The position numbers and the translations under genes were made by a program. A DNA stretch of 64,000 nt. It comes from a virus (lineage: Duplodnaviria > Caudoviricetes). The notes under the pieces were generated by a model, which ran no database searches, was not told the origin of the DNA, and worked only from the letters and a program-made list of their open reading frames with translations. Positions 39,142 to 47,948 of this stretch are shown in pieces (positions within the stretch are counted from its first letter, which is position 1; every line of letters begins with the position of its first letter). The DNA lies in IMG/VR virus record IMGVR_UViG_3300025663_000002, positions 13,979 through 77,978 of that record. One strand, 5' to 3'.

Positions 39142-40200
39142 ATGGAAATTTTATTTGCATTTGTTTTAAAGAAACAAGTATATTTGTTATATTTGTTGGG
39201 AGTTATGATATCAGCAGGTATTATTAAAGAGAGAGAATACTTTAATGACCTATTCAATATTATTGTAGGTAAGATTAAATCAAAGAGATTGATTGTAACA
39301 TTGACATCTCTTGTGACTGGTGTCTTACCTATCCCTGGAAGGGTAACAGTATCAGCAGGAGTGTTAAGTACATTAGCGCCTGATGATGATACTCATGAGC
39401 ATAGAAAGTCAAGATCAAAGTTTGGTATTATAGATTATTTAGCGACCCATCACTATTACTTGTGGAGTCCGTTAGAGAAAACTATCATTGTTCCTATGGC
39501 AGCCCTTGGTTTAAGTTACTCAGAGATGTTATCATACACTGGAGGATTGTTAGCAATAACTGCGTTCTATATTGGGTGGTATATATTTGGTAAGATGTCG
39601 GAAGATGACATTACATTAAATGTTAAAACTCAACCAATTAATTGGAATCGTTTAATGTTTGGGGCAATGCCTTTATTTGTGGCAATCGGTGCATTAGTTG
39701 CTGGTGGTACTCATTGGATGACCTTTGGTATTCTAACTGTGTATTATATTATGTATTCGGGTATCTTTAGTTTATCTAAATTAAATTCCTTTGTAAATTG
39801 GAATTTAATGGGTGTGCTTGCTTTAGTTATTATTGCATCCAATATCGTAGGTTCTAATTATGCCGAAATTAAGTCATTCTTAGAAGCATCAAGTGTTCTT
39901 GATATGAATACTTTAATTGGATTTTTGAGTATTTCTGCTATTGCATACGGTTCTTCGTTTTTATTGGGATCGTCTGGTAAATATGCTGGTATTGTTGCGT
40001 TACTTGCTATGATATACGGTGTTGAATATTTAACGTGGTTCATTGCGTTAGAGTTCTCAGCATACTTAATTAGTCCAACACATAAGTGTACTCATATTGG
40101 TCGAATGTATTTTGGCACTAGTATGAAGAAATATTATGCTGTTGTTAGTTTATGGACGGCAATTATGATTGGTTATGCGGCTCTGGTAACATTACCATAA
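39142..40200 (+). CDS. Polytopic membrane permease, ion-transporter superfamily (DUF401-like)
   Basis: About 9-11 hydrophobic segments; GVLPIPG, DYLATHHYYLWSPLE, SPTHKC...YFG resemble DUF401 motifs; AAGGAG SD. Confidence 0.7.
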   Translation: MEILFAFVLKKQVYLLYLLGVMISAGIIKEREYFNDLFNIIVGKIKSKRLIVTLTSLVTGVLPIPGRVTVSAGVLSTLAPDDDTHEHRKSRSKFGIIDYLATHHYYLWSPLEKTIIVPMAALGLSYSEMLSYTGGLLAITAFYIGWYIFGKMSEDDITLNVKTQPINWNRLMFGAMPLFVAIGALVAGGTHWMTFGILTVYYIMYSGIFSLSKLNSFVNWNLMGVLALVIIASNIVGSNYAEIKSFLEASSVLDMNTLIGFLSISAIAYGSSFLLGSSGKYAGIVALLAMIYGVEYLTWFIALEFSAYLISPTHKCTHIGRMYFGTSMKKYYAVVSLWTAIMIGYAALVTLP

Positions 40201-40205
40201 GTATT

Positions 40206-40229
40206 AAACCACCTTCGGGTGGTTTTTTT
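40206..40229 (+). terminator. Rho-independent terminator with UUCG loop
   Basis: aaaccacc-ttcg-ggtggttt followed by T run. Confidence 0.92.
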
Positions 40230-40254
40230 ACGTCTATTATAAGAGACTTGTTTA

Positions 40255-40262
40255 TATAAATA
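40255..40262 (+). promoter_or_regulatory. T4-type late promoter
   Basis: TATAAATA upstream of the two small membrane genes. Confidence 0.75.
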
Positions 40263-40303
40263 TAGTAATTACGTAAATAAATTATTATACAAGGAAATTC
40301 CCA

Positions 40304-40558
40304 ATGGAAGATTTAAACAACATTAGGGACTCTATTGATATTATGAAAGAACGAATCACTCGCCTCGAAGAAAAGATGAAGACTGTTTATCACAGAACAC
40401 AACGCATCGAGGATAAGTTGGATAAGTTGATTGAGCAAGGACAGGGTCAAAATATAGACATTGCAACAAATCAAATTCAAATCGGAAATGGTGAGAGAAT
40501 GTTTTGGCTTGTGGCGTCCGCAGTAATTGGATTAGTTATGTATTGGTTAAAGGGTTAA
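40304..40558 (+). CDS. Small coiled-coil protein with C-terminal transmembrane helix (holin/XhlA-like candidate)
   Basis: RITRLEEK coiled coil then MFWLVASAVIGLVMYWLKG; late promoter upstream. Confidence 0.7.
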   Translation: MEDLNNIRDSIDIMKERITRLEEKMKTVYHRTQRIEDKLDKLIEQGQGQNIDIATNQIQIGNGERMFWLVASAVIGLVMYWLKG

Positions 40559-40562
40559 TATT

Positions 40563-40916
40563 ATGATTGAATTATTATTTGATTTTGAGATGTTTTTAAG
40601 TATTATGGTATCCACATTAGGTTTCGGTGGATTCTTTTTCACACTGAAACATAGAAAGTTTTATTCTGTGTGGGCAAGGTCATCAATATTATTGGGGTCG
40701 TTGACTTCATTTTTACACCTATACAACTTTGAATATATCAGAGAAACTTTGTTGATGTCTGAATATGCTATGGTTTGTATATTAGTAGAGACAATGTTTA
40801 GTTTATCTATATTACTATTCACATTTACTATATTAAGGTTCAAATGGAAATGGCAGGTTGACGTACATAATCACTGTACGGCTGCCGAATGTCCTCTTGT
40901 TCAAAAGTATAAATAG
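40563..40916 (+). CDS. Small membrane protein, about three TM helices
   Basis: Three hydrophobic stretches; co-oriented, 4 bp after previous gene. Confidence 0.7.
   Translation: MIELLFDFEMFLSIMVSTLGFGGFFFTLKHRKFYSVWARSSILLGSLTSFLHLYNFEYIRETLLMSEYAMVCILVETMFSLSILLFTFTILRFKWKWQVDVHNHCTAAECPLVQKYK
40908..40915 (+). promoter_or_regulatory. T4-type late promoter
   Basis: TATAAATA upstream of gp13. Confidence 0.75.
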
Positions 40917-40937
40917 TATTAAAATAAGAGAGTTATT

Positions 40938-41816
40938 ATGGCAAAGGTACAATCAGCAACAGAATTAAAAGAATACGCATACCGTAGATTGGGTTATCCA
41001 AAGGTAGAAATACAAGTGGACGATACTCAGGCAATGGATCGTATTGACGATGCTGTTCAATTATTCGTAGAACGACATTTTGATGGTGTTGAAGAAAAGT
41101 ATATCACTATCACGTTTGATGCTACAGATGAAGCAAATCAGTATATCACTATGCCAGATGATGTGATTGCCGTTACTCGCATTTACGAACCTGGAAGATA
41201 TTCTTCAGAAGCAATGAGTGATGTTAGATATAAAATTATGTTTGACCAAATGTTCGATATGACTAAAGTTAGTATGCAATACTACGAAATGACTATGCAG
41301 AACCTTTCTATGATATCTGATTACTTTAATCCAGACAGAACATTCACATTCAACAAAGCAAACAATCGTTTATATTCTCATTCTGGAACAATCTTAGGTC
41401 CATCTTGTAAAGTTAAAGGTGTTTGTTCTGATGTTGCGTTTACGACTGATGCTACTTGTACTGCTGGTGCAGGAACTTGGACAGCATATTCTTCTGAGTC
41501 AGTTTGCGAAGCAGCTGGGTCATTGTGGTACGAAGGAAGTAAAATGATGCTTCGTGGTTTTGTTGGTTTAAATCCAGACGAAACTGCTGGCTATGCTCTT
41601 GATGTATATAACGATGAGTGGATGAAGAAGTACACTACTGCTCTTATTAAGAAGCAGTGGGGTTCAAATATGAAACAATTTGACGGAATGCCATTACCTG
41701 GAGGAATCGTTGTTAATGGACAACAACTCTGGGATGAAGCAAACGAAGAAATTCTAAGATTAGAAGAACAATTCTCGCTTGAGTATGAAATGCCAACTAA
41801 CTTTTTGGTAGGTTAA
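40938..41816 (+). CDS. gp13: Neck protein gp13 with Cys/Trp-module insertion
   Basis: ELKEYAYRRLGYP, QAMDRIDDAVQLF..RHFDG, WMKKYTTALIKKQWG.N..F.G..LPGG..NG. Confidence 0.95.
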   Translation: MAKVQSATELKEYAYRRLGYPKVEIQVDDTQAMDRIDDAVQLFVERHFDGVEEKYITITFDATDEANQYITMPDDVIAVTRIYEPGRYSSEAMSDVRYKIMFDQMFDMTKVSMQYYEMTMQNLSMISDYFNPDRTFTFNKANNRLYSHSGTILGPSCKVKGVCSDVAFTTDATCTAGAGTWTAYSSESVCEAAGSLWYEGSKMMLRGFVGLNPDETAGYALDVYNDEWMKKYTTALIKKQWGSNMKQFDGMPLPGGIVVNGQQLWDEANEEILRLEEQFSLEYEMPTNFLVG

Positions 41817-41820
41817 TCAA

Positions 41821-42432
41821 ATGGGTATGTTTGACAATATGTCCAAATCAACAATGATTAAGGATATGGTTGAAGAAATAGTAGAAACCATTGGATTCTC
41901 CGCTAAGTATCTACCACGTAAGTATAAAAACTTAGATCCAATTTTTGGAGAAGATCCAACAAGTCATTTTGATACGGTATGGACTTTGAATATTCTCGTA
42001 GACGAATATCAAGACTACGGTGATGTTGGAGATTTCTATTCTAAATTCGGTGTTCAAGTAACAGACGAAATGAAGGTGTCTTTTACTAAGAAATCATTTG
42101 CAGAGCAAACAGTTGCAACGGATGACGATATGCCGATTGCTGGAGACTTATTATACTTTGGAGACCTTGAGGCATTGTTTCAAGTATCGTTCGTAGGCAA
42201 CGATTCTTCGTTCTACCCTACACCAGATGGCCCTCAACACGTATGGCAATTAACCCTTAAACCTTGGGAATATGGTCATGAAGATATTGTTGTTGCTGAT
42301 TCTGAGATAGAAGGACTAGAAGCAGATATTAAATCTAATTTGAATAACGAATTAGGCACACCAGATTGGGATGTAGAAGACGACGATGTATTAAACTTCG
42401 AAGAAATGAACCCATTCGGAACAATAGGATAA
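41821..42432 (+). CDS. gp14: Neck protein gp14
   Basis: YLPRKY..LDPIFGED, FYSKFG, PIAGDLLYF; synteny 13-14-15. Confidence 0.92.
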   Translation: MGMFDNMSKSTMIKDMVEEIVETIGFSAKYLPRKYKNLDPIFGEDPTSHFDTVWTLNILVDEYQDYGDVGDFYSKFGVQVTDEMKVSFTKKSFAEQTVATDDDMPIAGDLLYFGDLEALFQVSFVGNDSSFYPTPDGPQHVWQLTLKPWEYGHEDIVVADSEIEGLEADIKSNLNNELGTPDWDVEDDDVLNFEEMNPFGTIG

Positions 42433-42436
42433 TATT

Positions 42437-43258
42437 ATGTTTGGAACTACTTGGTATCATGGGACTACACGTAAACTTATTGTAGCATTTGCGTCAGTAT
42501 TTAATAACATTCACGTACAAAGAAAAGAATCAGACGGCACTTTAGTTACAGATATTAAAGTACCTATCGCATATGAGTCTCAAATGAAGTATATGGCGAG
42601 ATTGATTAAAGATTCTAAAAAGAATAGACAAGTCCCTAGAATGGGATTTATCATGAATGGTATGGAGATAGACCCTGCACGTTCTATGAATCAAATGAAC
42701 GAATTATCATTTGCACACGATTCAGACGATACTAAAATGCATAAGATTTATGCACCGATACCGTATAATTTTAACTTTACATTAGATGTTTATGTAGATT
42801 ACATGGACGATGGTTTACAAATTATTGAACAAATCGTTCCTTACTTTCAACCAGATTTTAACGTTGTTATTGAAGAAATCCCAGCATTGAATATAGAACG
42901 TGATATTCCTATTGTTCTCGGTGGAATCACAATGACTGATGAATTTGAAGGTGAATTTGGCGAACACAGAATTGTCAATTGGACATTAGATTTTGTAATG
43001 AAAGGTTGGGTTTATCCTCCTGTTACCGATGCTAAAATTATTAAAGAAATTATTACTAATTACAAACTTGCTGGGGCAGATGGCGATTTTGATTTTTCAA
43101 ACTCTCCTATTATGGAACAAGTTAGAGAATCGGTCAACCCGATGACATCAGATGTTGATGACCCGTGGACAACTAAAGTCGAAGCAGGACACCCTGACAA
43201 CCCTGATGACGCAACAGACGTTGATACTATGAGTGAAGTTAAGTGGCCAGTAGAGTAA
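42437..43258 (+). CDS. gp15: Tail terminator / sheath stabiliser gp15
   Basis: MFGTTWYHGTTRKLIVAFASVFNNI, KVPIAY, PRMGF, LQIIEQIVPYFQPDFN. Confidence 0.95.
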   Translation: MFGTTWYHGTTRKLIVAFASVFNNIHVQRKESDGTLVTDIKVPIAYESQMKYMARLIKDSKKNRQVPRMGFIMNGMEIDPARSMNQMNELSFAHDSDDTKMHKIYAPIPYNFNFTLDVYVDYMDDGLQIIEQIVPYFQPDFNVVIEEIPALNIERDIPIVLGGITMTDEFEGEFGEHRIVNWTLDFVMKGWVYPPVTDAKIIKEIITNYKLAGADGDFDFSNSPIMEQVRESVNPMTSDVDDPWTTKVEAGHPDNPDDATDVDTMSEVKWPVE

Positions 43259-43274
43259 ACAGTGAGATTATATT

Positions 43275-43772
43275 ATGACAAAGAAAACAGTGAACGAAAA
43301 ATTAGACGATGAACTTTTAGGTTCGAGTGATATCATTATGGAGTTTGAAAATCCAGAAGAAATTATGGAGGCTGCAGAAATCGTTTTAGAAGAAACTAAA
43401 GCAATGTCTGAAAATAAAGAAAGAGGTATTGTCCCTAAAAGAGAAGTTGTGTCTAATGCTATGACAGGCGATTTAGACGATGACTATGAATTCGCAAGAG
43501 ATAATTTATACAATCTAGTAGATAAAGGAAACGAAGCACTAGAAGGTATTATTAGTCTTGCGAAAGAAATGGAACACCCAAGAGCATACGAAGTTGCTTC
43601 TGGGTTAATTAAATCTGTTACAGATACAACGATGGAGTTGTTGAAGATGCAGAAAGAACTACAGATTATGAAAGGGGAAAAACCATCAGGCAACTCAACG
43701 ACCAATAATAATTTATATGTTGGTTCTACTGCTGATTTACAAGCATTATTAAAGGGTAAAGATTTAAAATGA
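43275..43772 (+). CDS. gp16: Terminase small subunit gp16
   Basis: DDYEFARDNLY, EHPRAYEVA, NNNLYVGSTADLQ. Confidence 0.93.
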   Translation: MTKKTVNEKLDDELLGSSDIIMEFENPEEIMEAAEIVLEETKAMSENKERGIVPKREVVSNAMTGDLDDDYEFARDNLYNLVDKGNEALEGIISLAKEMEHPRAYEVASGLIKSVTDTTMELLKMQKELQIMKGEKPSGNSTTNNNLYVGSTADLQALLKGKDLK

Positions 43773-44089
43773 TATCACAAGAACAACAAGTAAAAAACGA
43801 AATATTAGTTAAACATAAAAAAGAAACTCGCTTACAGTCGTTTGGTATGATTATAGGTATTATGACTACGATGTTTGTAGCAATGACTATGATGGATATG
43901 TTTAAATTAGTACAGGTTATGAAAGTCGAACAAACAGTAATTAAAGCATTTGTATCTGCTAGAACAGGAATGCCTTTAAAAGTTCAAAAGATTGCTAGAG
44001 AAGAATTGAAACTACACAGACAAGAAGATATTATCAAATTAGAAGAATTGGATTTGAGAATTTTATATTTAGAAAAACAACACGAATAA
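43769..44089 (+). CDS. Hypothetical single-TM protein between terminase genes
   Basis: 4 bp overlap with gp16; FGMIIGIMTTMFVAMTMM hydrophobic helix then coiled coil. Confidence 0.7.
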   Translation: MISQEQQVKNEILVKHKKETRLQSFGMIIGIMTTMFVAMTMMDMFKLVQVMKVEQTVIKAFVSARTGMPLKVQKIAREELKLHRQEDIIKLEELDLRILYLEKQHE

Positions 44090-44107
44090 ACAAAAACACT
44101 TTATATT

Positions 44108-45697
44108 ATGGCAAAGACAATTTATCTAGGAAATCCTAATCTTAAACGACAAAACGTTGAGATTGATTACACCGAAGAACAAATTCAAGAATATGTGAAG
44201 TGTCGGGACGACCCTATTTACTTTGTGAAAAATTACATTCATATTGTAAACCTTGATAAGGGTTTGATAAAATTTGAATTATATCCTTTTCAAGAAAATT
44301 TAATCAATACAATACATACAAACCGTTTCACAATCGTGAAATGTCCACGTCAGTCTGGTAAATCACAAACGTCTCTGGCGTTTATGCTTCACTATATTCT
44401 ATTCAACGACCAAAAGAATGTTGCTATACTCGCCAATAAATCGGCAACGTCTAGAGAACTTCTTGGTAGACTTCAATTTGCATACGAGAAGTTGCCGATG
44501 TGGTTACAACAAGGTGTAATGGAATGGAACAAAGGTTCTATTGAACTAGAAAATGGTTCTCGAATCCTTGCTGGTTCAACATCTTCAAGTTCTATTCGTG
44601 GTTACTCATTTAACCTAATTTTTCTAGACGAGTTTGCATTCGTACAACAGGGTATGGCAGAAGATTTCTTCCGTTCAGTATATCCTACAATTTCTTCAGG
44701 TAAAGATTCTAAAGTAATTATAGTATCAACACCCAACGGAATGAACCACTTTTATAAAATGTGGTTAGATGCCGTTGAACATAGAAACACATACAAAGCA
44801 TTTGAAATTAATTATTGGGATGTTCCAGGACGAGATGCCGCTTGGAAGGCAGAAACTATTGCCAATACTTCCGAAGAACAATTCAAACAAGAATTCGAAT
44901 GTGAGTTCTTAGGTTCGGCAGGTACATTAATCAACCCCGCTAAATTACATTCTTTGGTAATGAGAGATCCGATATATAGAAAAGACGACTTGAAGGTATA
45001 TGAAGAAACAGTAGAAAATCATTCATACGTAATTGCAGTTGACGTTGCTGAGGGTAGAGGACAAGATTATTCATCAATGAATGTTGTTGATGTATCAAAA
45101 CTACCTTTTGTTCAAGTTGCGACGTATCGGTCAAATGAAATTTCCCCACTATTATTCCCACATTACATAATGCAAGTTGCTCAGGCATATAACGAAGCAA
45201 CCGTTATTATTGAATCAAATGGTCCAGGAGCAGAAGTTGCTAATATTCTACATTACGACTTAGAGTACGATAACACCATTAACGAATCTGGTGTTCATAA
45301 TAAACTTGGTAGAAAAATGACTAGTCGTATTAAGGCAATTGGTTGCTCAAATATGAAAGATTTAATTGAAGGTGATAAATTAATAGTCAATGACCCAGAT
45401 ACCATCACAGAACTATCTATGTTTGTGACCAAAGGTAAATCTTGGGCTGGTGAAGGCGACGGTCATGATGATATGGTTATGGGTCTAGTTATGTTTAGTT
45501 GGTTATCAACTCAACCAGAGTTTAAAGAATTGACTGATATGGAATTGCGAGTAAGGTTATATGCAAATAAGATATACGAAATTGAAGAAGAATTAACCCC
45601 ATTTGGATTTATCGACGGCGATGGATACGAAGACGGTGAGATAGTTGTAGAGGGCGGTGAAGTGTGGACAGTCCAGCCTGGAAGTATGTTGTTCTAA
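44108..45697 (+). CDS. gp17: Terminase large subunit gp17
   Basis: YLGNPNLK, PRQSGKS Walker A, LIFLDEFAF Walker B, STPNGMNHFY, DVAEGRGQDYS, HDDMVM. Confidence 0.98.
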   Translation: MAKTIYLGNPNLKRQNVEIDYTEEQIQEYVKCRDDPIYFVKNYIHIVNLDKGLIKFELYPFQENLINTIHTNRFTIVKCPRQSGKSQTSLAFMLHYILFNDQKNVAILANKSATSRELLGRLQFAYEKLPMWLQQGVMEWNKGSIELENGSRILAGSTSSSSIRGYSFNLIFLDEFAFVQQGMAEDFFRSVYPTISSGKDSKVIIVSTPNGMNHFYKMWLDAVEHRNTYKAFEINYWDVPGRDAAWKAETIANTSEEQFKQEFECEFLGSAGTLINPAKLHSLVMRDPIYRKDDLKVYEETVENHSYVIAVDVAEGRGQDYSSMNVVDVSKLPFVQVATYRSNEISPLLFPHYIMQVAQAYNEATVIIESNGPGAEVANILHYDLEYDNTINESGVHNKLGRKMTSRIKAIGCSNMKDLIEGDKLIVNDPDTITELSMFVTKGKSWAGEGDGHDDMVMGLVMFSWLSTQPEFKELTDMELRVRLYANKIYEIEEELTPFGFIDGDGYEDGEIVVEGGEVWTVQPGSMLF

Positions 45698-45709
45698 AGT
45701 TTGGTTTTT

Positions 45710-45717
45710 TATAAATA
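45710..45717 (+). promoter_or_regulatory. T4-type late promoter
   Basis: TATAAATA upstream of gp18. Confidence 0.8.
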
Positions 45718-45775
45718 GTTGTATCGAAATAATAATGTTTCGACAAACTTATTTTTTAAATATAGGAGAATGACA

Positions 45776-47383
45776 ATGGGATTTCAATTAAGTCCAGGCG
45801 TTCAAACAAAGGAATTTGATTTGAGTACGTCTATCCCTGCAGTTGCTACCAGTTTAGGTGCTACAGTTGGTCGCTTTACATGGGGACCTTGCTTTGATGC
45901 AACTTTGGTAGCCTCAGAGAGCAATCTGGTTAGTGTTTTTGGTAAACCAAATGCAGATTCATACCCGTCGTTTTTGACTTCTGCAGCCTTTTTAAGTTAC
46001 TCTAACTCACTACAAGTGGTTCGTGTAGTTGACGCTACTGCTACTAATGCTAACGCATCTGGTACTGGAGTTTTGATTAAAAATGCTGAAGATTTTGATA
46101 CACAGATGGATTCAGGTACATTAACAGAAGGTTTTTATGCACGTTACCCAGGAGCATACGGTAATAGCATTACAGTAGAAACTGCTGACGAAGCAGGATA
46201 CGCAACTTGGGCATATGCAGGTGCGTTTGACGTATCTCCGGCTGCTTCTAACAGTGAAATGGCAATTGCCGTTTTAGTTGGTGGTGTTGTTGCTGAAGCA
46301 CATATCGTTTCTACAGTTGACGGCAATAAGAACGCAGATGGCAATAACATCTTCGTTGAGAAAATCATTAACGACACATCAAAGTTAATCTTAGCAGTAA
46401 ATGCTAACGTTGCTAATGGTACTGCTTCAACAGTTTTTGCTAATGGTGCTGACTCAGGTGTTGGTGAAGACGACTATAAACTAGGTTGGGACTTATTTGC
46501 TAATGCAGATGAAATTAATGTTTCTATTCTAGTTGCTGGTGGTGTTACTAATGAAGCAAAAGCAACTGCTTATGCCGTTCAAAAGTACATGGTTGAGTCT
46601 ATTGCTGAAGTTCGTAAGGACTGTTTTGCAATGTTATCTCCTGCTAAAGAAGACGTAGTAAACGTTGGTGGTGCATCTACTGCAGTATCTAATGTTATTG
46701 CTTCACGTAAAGACGTATCATTTAATGTTGCTTCTTCTTACGGTTCTTTAGACGCTAACTACAAATACACATACGACAAGTATAATGACACATATCGTTG
46801 GATCGGTTTTAGTGGTGATACTGCAGGTTTACTTGCATACACTGACTCTACTCGTGACGCTTGGTGGTCACCTGCTGGTTTAAATCGTGGTCAAATTAAG
46901 AATGTTGTTAAATTAGCATACAACCCTTCTTCGACTTTACGTGACCAGTTATACATGTTACCTAATGGTATTAACCCAATCGTTTCTTTCCCAGGTCAAG
47001 GCACTGTGCTTTGGGGTGATAGAACTTTACTTACAAAACCTTCTGCTTTTGACAGAATCAATGTTCGTAGATTATTCATCGTTATTGAGAAAGCAATTGC
47101 AATTTCTGCTAAATACTTCTTGTTTGAATTTAACAACAAGTACACTCGTAGAAACTTTGTGAATATGGTTAATCCTTACCTTGGAGGAATTCAAGGAAAA
47201 CAGGGTATGTATGACTTTTATGTTCAATGTGATGAGACAAACAATACTGGTGAAGTGATTGATGCTAACCAATTTGTTGCTAGTATGTTTATTAAACCTG
47301 CTAAGTCAATTAATTACATTACTTTGAACTTTGTTGCAACTAAAACTGGCGTTGACTTCTCTGAAGTTATCGGTCAGGTATAA
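45776..47383 (+). CDS. gp18: Tail sheath protein gp18
   Basis: Start re-assigned to MGFQLSPGV after AGGAG; GRFTWGP, ARYPGAYGN, WWSPAGLNRG, DRINVRRLF, KPAKSINYITLNFVAT. Confidence 0.97.
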   Translation: MGFQLSPGVQTKEFDLSTSIPAVATSLGATVGRFTWGPCFDATLVASESNLVSVFGKPNADSYPSFLTSAAFLSYSNSLQVVRVVDATATNANASGTGVLIKNAEDFDTQMDSGTLTEGFYARYPGAYGNSITVETADEAGYATWAYAGAFDVSPAASNSEMAIAVLVGGVVAEAHIVSTVDGNKNADGNNIFVEKIINDTSKLILAVNANVANGTASTVFANGADSGVGEDDYKLGWDLFANADEINVSILVAGGVTNEAKATAYAVQKYMVESIAEVRKDCFAMLSPAKEDVVNVGGASTAVSNVIASRKDVSFNVASSYGSLDANYKYTYDKYNDTYRWIGFSGDTAGLLAYTDSTRDAWWSPAGLNRGQIKNVVKLAYNPSSTLRDQLYMLPNGINPIVSFPGQGTVLWGDRTLLTKPSAFDRINVRRLFIVIEKAIAISAKYFLFEFNNKYTRRNFVNMVNPYLGGIQGKQGMYDFYVQCDETNNTGEVIDANQFVASMFIKPAKSINYITLNFVATKTGVDFSEVIGQV

Positions 47384-47398
47384 TAAGGGAGAATTAAA

Positions 47399-47902
47399 AT
47401 GAATTACGATACTTTTAGTTCACAATTAAAATCACAGAACTACGCAAGAAGTAATCTGTTTGAAGTATTCATCGGACTAGCTGGACAAGACCAGAAGTTT
47501 GTTTGTAAGTCTGCTTCATTACCTGCTACTTCTGTTGGTGTTATTGAAGTTCCTTACCAGAACCGTAAGTTAAAGGTTCCAGGTGATAGAACGTTCCAAG
47601 ATTGGACAGTTACAATTATCAACGATGAGTCTATGTCTGTACGTAAAGAATTACTTGCGTGGCAGAACGATATTCAAGGTTTCCAAAACTTTGGTTCTAA
47701 TGGCGATACACCAAGAGATCACCACAGAATATTAACAGTTACTCCTATGGATAGAACCATGGGTGCAATTGGAGATACTGAGGTTGATTTATATGGTTGG
47801 CCTTCAGAGATCGGTTCTATCGATCTAAGTTGGGAAACTGCTGATACTGTACAAGAATACACAGTAACATTCAGTATTACTCATGATAATAGTGTTCAAT
47901 AA
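47399..47902 (+). CDS. gp19: Tail tube protein gp19
   Basis: ARSNLFEV, LPATSVG.IEVPYQNR..KVPGDRTFQDWTVTIIND. Confidence 0.95.
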   Translation: MNYDTFSSQLKSQNYARSNLFEVFIGLAGQDQKFVCKSASLPATSVGVIEVPYQNRKLKVPGDRTFQDWTVTIINDESMSVRKELLAWQNDIQGFQNFGSNGDTPRDHHRILTVTPMDRTMGAIGDTEVDLYGWPSEIGSIDLSWETADTVQEYTVTFSITHDNSVQ

Positions 47903-47906
47903 CCAT

Positions 47907-47914
47907 TATAAATA
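47907..47914 (+). promoter_or_regulatory. T4-type late promoter inside a 40 bp imperfect palindrome
   Basis: TATAAATA within taaccatta...taatggtta (47900-47939). Confidence 0.75.
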
Positions 47915-47948
47915 TTACTATAATATTAATTAATGGTTAGGATATACA

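Noticed and set aside
45719-45775. Longer N-termini given by the ORF track for gp18 (also 33879, 60422, 62719)
   Set aside because: SD position and family N-termini favour the downstream ATGs used in the feature list
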